The translations under genes were made by a program, and so were the position numbers. Shown piece after piece: positions 56,093 through 64,000 of a stretch of DNA of 64,000 nt; position 1 is the first letter of the stretch, and each line of letters opens with the position of its first letter. This stretch comes from Octopus sinensis (taxonomy: Eukaryota), in the NCBI RefSeq assembly GCF_006345805.1, contig NC_042998.1, forward strand, positions 159,154,001 to 159,218,000, in the 5' to 3' direction. Under the pieces are notes generated by a model. It did not search any database and had not been told where the DNA came from. It worked only from the letters and a program-made list of their open reading frames with translations.

Positions 56093-56524
56093 AAGTTATA
56101 AAGTAGTAAGTATTTAAATTAAATTTCTGTTATATGGTGAGATGAAGGGGCCTACTATCTCTAAATGAATATATATATATTTGACGTCTATATCTAGCAT
56201 GTTGACTGTCCACCTTTTCGTGTTCAGTCCTTAATTGGTATATATAAATATTTTAATCTTCGGATTCTTTTTAATGTGCTAGACCACTGGTTTTAATTGA
56301 CTAATATCAATTTCTACCCTTAATTTTTAAATATGAAATATATGTTCTCAAACCGATAAATTGACTGCTGCTAATTTATTAACTGCAGGCTAGTTTTTCG
56401 ATTATCAGCGCGCCAAAAGTAGAGGCATTCGAAAGATACATCCGAACGTAATAGGTTGTACTTTTTGCATGCGGGACTCCGGTACCGTTTTTCATCTAGT
56501 ACAGCATATTATGCTCATAACAAA

Positions 56525-56584
56525 CTACGCTGATGAAGTTACAGATATCCTTGTGATATTAATAGCTGAAACTGCAGTACGTAG
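56525..56584 (+). ncRNA. Type I hammerhead ribozyme, array unit 1
   Basis: ctacg-CTGATGA-agttacagatatc cttgt gatattaatagct-GAAA-C-TGCA-G-TA-cgtag. Helix I ctacg/cgtag, intact core, helix II agtta/tagct plus gatatc/gatatt, minimal helix III with palindrome ACTGCAGT, GUA cleavage site after 56579. Confidence 0.9.
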
Positions 56585-57031
56585 GTAATTATTCCATTTA
56601 TTATTTTTCTTTTGTCTCATCCATTGCTTTAGGTCGTGCTGAATTTTATTTTTATTTGAGAACAAAATCTTTGTGGAGAATGGCGATTTGACGTCTATAT
56701 CTAGCATGTTGACTGTCCACCTTTTCGTGTTCAGTCCTTAATTGGTATATATAAATATTTTAATCTTCGGATTCTTTTTAATGTGCTAGACCACTGGTTT
56801 TAATTGACTAATATCAATTTCTACCCTTAATTTTTAAATATGAAATATATGTTCTCAAACCGATAAATTGACTGCTGCTAATTTATTAACTGCAGGCTAG
56901 TTTTTCGATTATCAGCGCGCCAAAAGTAGAGGCATTCGAAAGATACATCCGAACGTAATAGGTTGTACTTTTTGCATGCGGGAATCCGGTACCGTTTTTC
57001 ATCTAGTACAGCATATTATGCTCATAACAAA

Positions 57032-57091
57032 CTACGCTGATGAAGTTACAGATATCCTTGTGATATTAATAGCTGAAACTGCAGTACGTAG
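57032..57091 (+). ncRNA. Type I hammerhead ribozyme, array unit 2
   Basis: Identical to unit 1; predicted cleavage after 57086. Confidence 0.9.
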
Positions 57092-57538
57092 GTAATTATT
57101 CCATTTATTATTTTTCTTTTGTCTCATCCATTGCTTTAGGTCGTGCTGAATTTTATTTTTATTTGAGAACAAAATCTTTGTGGAGAATGGCGATTTGACG
57201 TCTATATCTAGCATGTTGACTGTCCACCTTTTCGTGTTCAGTCCTTAATTGGTATATATAAATATTTTAATCTTCGGATTCTTTTTAATGTGCTAGACCA
57301 CTGGTTTTAATTGACTAATATCAATTTCTACCCTTAATTTTTAAATATGAAATATATGTTCTCAAACCGATAAATTGACTGCTGCTAATTTATTAACTGC
57401 AGGCTAGTTTTTCGATTATCAGCGCGCCAAAAGTAGAGGCATTCGAAAGATACATCCGAACGTAATAGGTTGTACTTTTTGCATGCGGGACTCCGGTACC
57501 GTTTTTCATCTAGTACAGCATATTATGCTCATAACAAA

Positions 57539-57598
57539 CTACGCTGATGAAGTTACAGATATCCTTGTGATATTAATAGCTGAAACTGCAGTACGTAG
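57539..57598 (+). ncRNA. Type I hammerhead ribozyme, array unit 3
   Basis: Identical to unit 1; predicted cleavage after 57593. Confidence 0.9.
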
Positions 57599-57757
57599 GT
57601 AATTATTCCATTTATTATTTTTCTTTTGTCTCATCCATTGCTTTAGGTCGTGCTGAATTTTATTTTTATTTGAGAACAAAATCTTTGTGGAGAATGGCGA
57701 TTTGACGTCTATATCTAGCATGTTGACTGTCCACTTTTTCGTGTTCAGTCCTTAATT

Positions 57758-57818
<61 letters not shown>

Positions 57819-57843
57819 TGATCTAAATACATACACACATATA

Positions 57844-58697
57844 CGTGGTGCATTCCGGAATTACTGACACGTCTTTAGGAGAGGCAGTTATAACTGTCCT
57901 ACATTACTGTAATTTTAGTCTATCATTACTATACATCTAATAAGCTGACTTTCCAACTATTATCATTCCAGATTGAAGGTGACGGATGTCACAGCAATGT
58001 GAATACACCCTACTAAACACCGCTAGTCACACCTGACTAATTTGCACAATGCACTCGGGACATGGGATCATTTGGAAGGTCACTATTCAATACTATTTTG
58101 TATTAAAATGAGTAACATCACTACGAAAGCGTATGAAATGCTCTAGACTACTTATGAGAGAACTTGAGTGAGTCGAGAATCTGTTTTTTGTTGCCACAAA
58201 ATGCCAGGCAAAGCAAAGTCCACCGGGAAGCTCTTGATTTGATTTGATAAGAAGGGCATCATCTACATCTATTGAATTCCTCCCGGTCAAACAGTCAACA
58301 AAGAGTACTTTGTGGAGGTTTTGAGAGAATTCAGGAAAATAATTCGCCGCAAAAAGGCAGAGCAGTTGCACCAGGACAATGCACAAGTACAAAATTTCAT
58401 CCGGGTAACCAACTACTTGACAGAACTGGACATCAAAAATGTCCCTCAATCTTCCTGCAGTTCGAACTTTGCTCCGTCTGACTTTTGCTTGCTAAAGGAG
58501 ATGAAGGAGGATGTGGCAAGAGTCCTGGAAACACATCTTCACTTTGGAGGGAATTCCATGGAGCCTTCATGAAGTGGCAGGATTGCCACAACAAGTACAT
58601 TGAAGTTAGAGGATCCTACTTTGAAAGAGATTAGAGTTTTGTACTTTTAAATTTATTTGAAAAGGCTAAACTAAACACTTAGGGAGTGCACCTTCAG
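57844..58697 (+). mobile_element. Internally deleted mariner element with degenerate TIRs and TA flanks
   Basis: TA-CGTGGTGCATTCC...GGAGTGCACCTTCAG-TA; FDKKGII...PPGQTVNKEYFVEVL...LHQDNA...SSNFAPSDFCL. Confidence 0.8.
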
Positions 58698-58757
58698 TAT
58701 GTGTGCGTGCATAAGTGTATATGTAATATATATGTGTGTGTGTGTGTGCATGTATAT

Positions 58758-58819
<62 letters not shown>

Positions 58820-59118
58820 TATATATATGTATGTATATATATATATGTATGTATGTTTGTATGCATGTATGTATACATGTAAGATTATATATGTAGGCAT
58901 GTATGTGCGTATGTATATAGGTATATATGTATATATATATATATGCACACACAAGCACACACACACACACACATCTTTACCTGACTGCAGAATATAACGA
59001 GAGAGATAATTCAAGACTTTGTTTCGATATCATGAATCGTTTTACTATATAATCTCACACGAACCCTTTTGCGCCATACAACATGTAAATTATTCATGTG
59101 TATATATTGGTATTACAT

Positions 59119-59235
59119 AAGCGGGGTGCTGAAAATGTCCTGACTTTAAGGGTGTCGCGAAAGGTCTGGTTCGAGGCACAAACTTCCGAGTTCTTTTACT
59201 GTGCTCAGAAAAACTGAAGGACTGTTGCAATAAAA
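59119..59235 (+). mobile_element. Mariner-derived MITE end fragment
   Basis: GCGGGGTGCTGAAAATGTCCTGAC TIR-like start. Confidence 0.4.
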
Positions 59236-59289
59236 CACTTGTCACTAAAGAATATTACAGCCGAATAAAGAACATTTGGATCTCAGAAC

Positions 59290-59985
59290 TCTCTGCATTC
59301 AATAAAACAGTGGCCAACAACGTGTTTGTAGTGCCAGTACTCATACCAACGTTTAGGCTGCTTGACTGGACGCTTGATGAGATCCGATACATTGATGTGA
59401 AAACCCGAAAAATACTAACAAGCACACATAATTTTCACATAAACAGTGACGTAGACCGCCTCCACCTCAACCTAAACAAGGCGGCAGAGGCTTAACATCG
59501 ATCCAAAATGCCTTTGAATGTTGCATCATATCCCTTCGGCAACATCTTTTAACTACCAAGCGTCGAAGTGCATCCCTTGAACAAGTTTGCATACATGAGG
59601 CTGATAACATCATAACACTTGCTAGACAACTCCTTGAGCAACACTCTTGGTCTGATAACCTAGAATATATGCCCAAAGAAGTCGCACGACTCTACCGCAA
59701 TGTATCATCAGATGGAAGGATAAGCCTATATGAGCAGAAGACTATGCATAGATATGTTAGTAGAAAGCTCCGTGATGATAGTAACATTGATCATCAAAGC
59801 AGTCAATCATGGACCAATAACCGGATTACTACCAAACACTTTGAAGGGTATGCGTTTGTATTCCAAGAACAAGGAATATCGGCCAAGTACCTGATGCACA
59901 AAAGGGACAGAGATGCGAGAGAAGCCGTAAAATTTGAAGGCTAAAACAATGCGAAGCGCATGTGACCAGCGATGTGTAGCCTGGT
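59290..59985 (+). pseudogene. R4/Dong-like LINE fragment (post-RT region)
   Basis: AVPVLIPTFRLLDWTLDEIRYIDVKTRKILT...FHINSDVDRLHL...GGRGL...FEGYAFVFQEQGISAKYL. Confidence 0.75.
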
Positions 59986-60699
59986 CGGTCACGGTGTCGG
60001 TGACGGATATACATATATACACACTCACGATGTTCTTATAGTTTCTGTCAGTTAAAATTAATCACAAAATGTTGGTCGGCCCGTGGCTATTGTATTCAGT
60101 GCCACTATGAGGCACCTTGCCGCGCACTGAGATTGAACCTAAAGCTACGTCTTTGCAATGCTAATCTCTTAACCAGCATTTTAACCAGCAAAATGGCAGC
60201 TATGGTTGGTCCAGACACTTGCAGCAGAGCGAATTTTCCAAAGATTCATATAAGGACCAACTTGCGTATGTGTGTTAAACTGGATTTATAGAACCATGTT
60301 TTGAGTCTACAGGCGTATTTACATTTTCTCATTAAAGTATGTTAGCAAAAGAATAAATACTGTACTACATGACAAAGCGCATTTTTTCTGACGAGAGGAA
60401 GTGAGGCTCTTATTAGACTTGAACTATATAAACCATTAAATTTACCGGGTATTTTGAGAAAAGCCCACATCTGAGCGAAATAAACACACACACGCGCGCG
60501 CACGTATGTCTGTAAATATGCACATATTGTATGTGAACACAAACGCATACACGTACACACATTCGTACAAACACAGGCCTCCTACCGCCAAACGTCTAAA
60601 TATTTGAGATTGAGTCACTTTCTCTTTGTGATGAATTTGTGTACACACCACTGTAGCTTATTACAAGATTTCAGCTTGGAAAGACAAACTTGTCAGCAG

Positions 60700-60925
60700 T
60701 GTCATTCACACGTTCACCACGTCGACATATTCATGGTGATGTAAGTGTCGTTGATGAGAAATGCGAATGTGGTGGTGTATGTAAGTGTGTGAAGGGGAAG
60801 GGTAGAGACGGTGTTTGGCGTTGGCAGTTCGATTGTAGATGTGTTGCTGTTTAACTGGAGGCCAGCCTTAACCGAGTAACCAAATTGATGTGGGGTCAAA
60901 TGTGCTCTGGTAGTGACCATTCCCT
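60700..60925 (-). pseudogene. Possible CRE-clade RT fragment
   Basis: HLTPHQFGYSVKAG resembles the L-P-QFGVG--GG motif; nothing else supports the call. Confidence 0.3.
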
Positions 60926-60933
60926 CATCTAAA

Positions 60934-61600
60934 CAATGGTTCTCAACTAGGGTCCATATGATCCTTGGGGTTCATTTAACATTTTGTTGTTAAAAATTGG
61001 GGGTAAAAATTGGTTATATTTCTAAAATACACAAAATATTTTAATAACTTCTTAATACAATAACTTCTTAATACAGGAGTGGCTGAGTGGTAAGTAGCTT
61101 GCTAACCAACCACATGGTTCCGGGTTCAGTCCCACTGCGTGGCACCTTGGGCAAGTGTTTTCTGCTATAGCCCCGGCCGACCAATGCCTTGTGAGTGGAT
61201 TTGGCAGACGGAAACTGAAAGAAGCCTGTCATATATATGTATATATATATATATATAAGTATGTGTGTTTGTGTGTCTGTGTTTGTCCCCCTAGCATTGC
61301 TTGACAACCGATGCTGGTGTGTTTACGTCCCCGTCACTTAGCGGTTCGGCAAAAGAGACCGATAGAATAAGTACTGGGCTTACAAAGAATAAGTCCCGGG
61401 GTCGATTTGCTAGACTAAAGGCGGTGCTCCAGCATGGCCGCAGTCAAATGACTGAAACAAGTAAAAGAGTAAAAGAGTAAAAGAGTACTATTCAGTTATA
61501 AAACTATAATAATTTTTTTAACATCTAAGGCTATGGGGTCCGCTAGAGTAAAATGGGGATCAAAAGGGTCCATAGGTAAAAAAGTGGTTGGGAACCACAG
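60934..61600. mobile_element. Charlie/hAT-like MITE interrupted by a SINE
   Basis: Ends CAATGGTTCTCAAC and GTTGGGAACCACAG with GGGTCC subterminal motifs; TSD not convincing. Confidence 0.6.
61075..61487 (+). mobile_element. SINE family A (young), inside the hAT MITE
   Basis: Full-length with (GTAAAAGA)n tail. Confidence 0.9.
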
Positions 61601-61946
61601 ATGTACACCGTGTATGTATGTATGTATGTCATTATTCAGTTTATTTCAAAATTTCTTACCAATAGAGAAAGAACCGATTTCTAACCTAGATCCAAGGTCC
61701 CTTCATTGGCATTTCAACATTAACGACAGGGTATTTTTGTATGTATGCATTTATATATATATATATGCATGTATGTATACATGTATGTATGTGCAGATTT
61801 GTATGTTTTATGTATATATTCTCATGCATATAGTTACATATATAGACATGCTCATATATATTCAAATGATAAACTTCTAGGAAGTTTTACAGATTTTTAC
61901 TGTTCCAGTGATGGATTGGATCTGTAGTCTTCGATTATTTGTCCAA

Positions 61947-61990
61947 ACATAACGTTTTAGCTGATATACCCTCCAGCCTTCATCAGGTGT
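61947..61990 (-). ncRNA. Degenerate minimal hammerhead of the PLE 3' end
   Basis: Minus strand: acac-CTGATGA-aggctg gagggtatat cagct-AAAA-CGT-T-atgt. G12 is lost; the changes are consistent with CpG decay of cagcc-GAAA-cgtt-gtgt. Confidence 0.55.
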
Positions 61991-62074
61991 CTTGGGGAAA
62001 ATTTCGAACTTGGATTCTCATTCCTAAGGTATTTTTCGATGTTGTTGTTGTTGTTGTTATTAATATATTATTTA

Positions 62075-62134
62075 GGTCACTGCCAGGAATCGAACTCGGA
62101 ATCTTGGGGTTAATAGCCCGCGCTCTTAACCGCT
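62075..62134 (-). other. 5'-truncated tRNA-like sequence followed by an (AAT/AAC)n tract
   Basis: agcggttaagagcgcgggc-tattaa-ccccaagatt-ccgagTTCGATTcctgg-cagtgacc: D-loop end, anticodon arm, T-loop/B-box. Not a functional tRNA gene. Confidence 0.6.
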
Positions 62135-62811
62135 TATAAATTTAATATTTTCCTATCCTTCCTTAATACCAATTCCCATACGCTATTCATATCTGCACTC
62201 GGTCTGCTTAGGAGATTGTGTCCTAGCATATGTACTGCTTCTTTTAGTTTTCGTATTTTCCAGCGGTGTTCTCTGTCTATTATTTTAACTTCATCCCACA
62301 GGGGGCGGTCTCCATTTTTCCATACATGATCAGCTATACCAGATTTATCAATATCTCCTCGTGTCACAGCTTTGCGATGTTCCTCTACCCTTATTTTGAG
62401 AGGCGGAATGTTTCGCCTTTGTATAACCTACCACAGCTGCATAGGATGGAGTACATGCAGTTTTTGGTCATATTCTCTTCCATTGGTGGTTTTACCCGAA
62501 GGAGATTTGCGAAATGTATTACTCTTGAATACTGTCCTGATGCCATTTGGGCCGCATATCTTTTGTATCTTTTCGGAGAGTTCTTTCATATAGGATAGAT
62601 AGACTGTAGACAGTTTATTGGTTTCATCCTCTCTTTTCTTCATAATTGGAGTAGATAGTATGTTTTTGGGGTAGTTGTTGCTTAACAGATTGTTATTGAG
62701 CTTGATCATTTCTTCGTGGTGGATGTCATGATCGCTACTTATATTCTTTGCCCGATGTTTTAGGCACTGAGCTCAGTGCCTAAAACATCGAACAAAGAAT
62801 ATAAGTAGCGA

Positions 62812-63074
62812 CTGCGAAGTTAAGCAGTTGTGGTCATTGGAAAGGTGGCAGTAGTACCAATAATTGACGGAGCCCTGGGAACAGTGAGCAAAAATCTCGA
62901 GAAATATGAGGGACAAATAGGGGCTGCAATAAGGGTGGAGCAGAAAACAGCACTGCTTGGAACCGCTCGAATACTCCGGAAGATGCTCGAAAAATAAAAG
63001 GTGTTACCTTAGTTCACTGGTACTGAACAGCTGACACCGTAGTACATCTCTAGCGTTAGAAGCTGTGCAAAGGC

Positions 63075-63075
<1 letters not shown>
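62812..63075 (+). pseudogene. Short 3' end of the family 1 R4/Dong-like LINE
   Basis: KQLWSLE...PIIDGALGTVSKNLEKY...KTALLGTARILRKML; the 3' UTR is nearly identical to 27100-27180, followed by (TAA)n. Confidence 0.85.
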
Positions 63076-63118
<43 letters not shown>

Positions 63119-63565
63119 GATCATGGGATCGTGGTAAACGCAGTTGGCTTGCCTCTTAATTTAACAAGGCTCGTGTAGAAAATGCAAATGATTCGATAAT
63201 TGATCAATAAAGCTTATAATCAATACATCAAATACTCTTCCTTCCATATCGAGATTAGGGAAAAAATTCCGATTAGTTGACAAGAGTTATACAACTCCTC
63301 TTCACTTATTGTGCGACAAGGAAAACTCAAAGAATGGAAGTGGTAGTCGAACACTACGTGTTTTAAAAGCACATTGTGTGCATCATACGTAGCTTTATGT
63401 ATAGCTGTCCTGTCTGCTTTTCCTTAAGGTACACTCCACTGTGCCATTGAAAGAAGCCCACCTCAATGGAGAATGCCCATTTCTTAGCTTAAGTACATCT
63501 TTTAGCAGTATGCAGACTCTGTGTGTGTGTGTTTGTGTATTACCCATAATTTTTAGCAACAATAT

Positions 63566-63972
63566 ACTCTTTTACTTGCTTCAGTCATTTGACTGCGGCC
63601 ATGCTGGAGCACCGCCTTTAGTCGAGCAAATCGACCCCGGGACTTATTCTTTTGTAAGCCCAGTACTTATTCTATCGGTTCTTTTGCCGAACCGCTAAGT
63701 GACGGGGACGTAAACACACCAGCATCGGTTGTCAAGCAATGCTAGGGGGACAAACACAGACACACAAACATATACACACACATACATATATATATATGAT
63801 GCATATATACGACAGGCTTCTTTCAGTTTCCGTCTACCAAATCCACTCACAAGGCATTGGTCGGCCCGAGGCTATAGCAGAAGACACTTGCCCAAGGTGC
63901 TACGCAGTGAGACTGAACCCGGAACCATGTGGTTGGTTAGCGAGCTACTTACCACACAGCCACTCCTGCGCC
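63566..63972 (-). mobile_element. SINE family A (young)
   Basis: Full-length reverse copy. Confidence 0.9.
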
Positions 63973-64000
63973 TATATATATATATATATATATATTCGGT

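Larger units (their letters stand above)
53597..56169 (-). mobile_element. 5'-truncated Penelope-like retroelement with inverted ~495-bp pLTRs (53597-54091 and 55678-56169)
   Basis: The arms are reverse complements (tcatttagagatagtaggcccc vs ggggcctactatctctaaatga). The interior encodes a PLE linker and GIY-YIG endonuclease remnant. Both arms carry a hammerhead. Confidence 0.88.
56181..57760 (+). repeat. Tandem array of a 507-bp unit (3 full copies plus ~60 bp), each unit containing a type I hammerhead ribozyme; candidate non-LTR retrozyme or tandem PLE pLTR array
   Basis: The unit start TTGACGTCTATATCTAGC recurs at 56181, 56688, 57195 and 57702 (period 507). Copies are almost identical (e.g. 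gggactcc vs gggaatcc in unit 2). Bounded on both sides by (TA)n. Confidence 0.95.
61945..62811 (-). mobile_element. 5'-truncated Penelope-like element (Poseidon-type GIY-YIG) with a 3' tRNA-like module and degenerate hammerhead
   Basis: Frameshifted translation: LKHRAKNISSD...STVYLSYMKELSEKIQKICGPNGIRTVFKS...NCMYSILCSCGRLYKGET...IRVEEHRKAVTRGDIDKSGIADHVWKNGDRPLWDEVKIIDRE...RKLKEAVH. Confidence 0.85.

Noticed and set aside
56525-57721. Repeated 60-aa minus-strand ORF MLDIDVKSPF... in the array
   Set aside because: Only superficially like an RT motif A (FDVKSLF); no other RT features, and it is antisense to the ribozyme.
56181-57760. Array as a CRISPR array or ordinary satellite
   Set aside because: No unique spacers, a eukaryotic context, and an embedded ribozyme argue for a different interpretation.
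62075-62134. Functional tRNA gene
   Set aside because: The 5' acceptor strand is missing and the T-stem is mismatched; tRNA-derived only. The same applies to the SINE heads.

Overview
AT-rich eukaryotic DNA packed with microsatellites and containing no recognisable intact host gene. The two abundant tRNA-derived SINE families and the repeat landscape look like a coleoid cephalopod, probably Octopus (inferred from sequence recognition, not a search). The background is SINEs, decayed Tc1/mariner and hAT-type elements, and LINE fragments (R4/Dong-like, Tx1-like, RTE, CR1-group). Most of the supplied ORFs are microsatellite translations. The standout signal is a dense set of type I hammerhead ribozymes (HHRs) linked to Penelope-like elements (PLEs). 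(i) A near-identical 507-bp tandem array at 56181-57760 carries an intact HHR in each unit and looks like a retrozyme or circRNA generator. (ii) A ~700-bp fold-back at 32975-33672 has an HHR with an oversized helix II in each arm. (iii) A PLE GIY-YIG remnant at 53597-56169 is bracketed by ~495-bp inverted HHR-bearing terminal repeats (pLTRs). (iv) A second PLE remnant at ~61950-62811 has a tRNA-like module between its stop codon and its HHR, and an 80-bp snap-back at its 5' end. Several further degenerate HHRs are present. All structures were paired by eye; nothing was folded computationally or searched.
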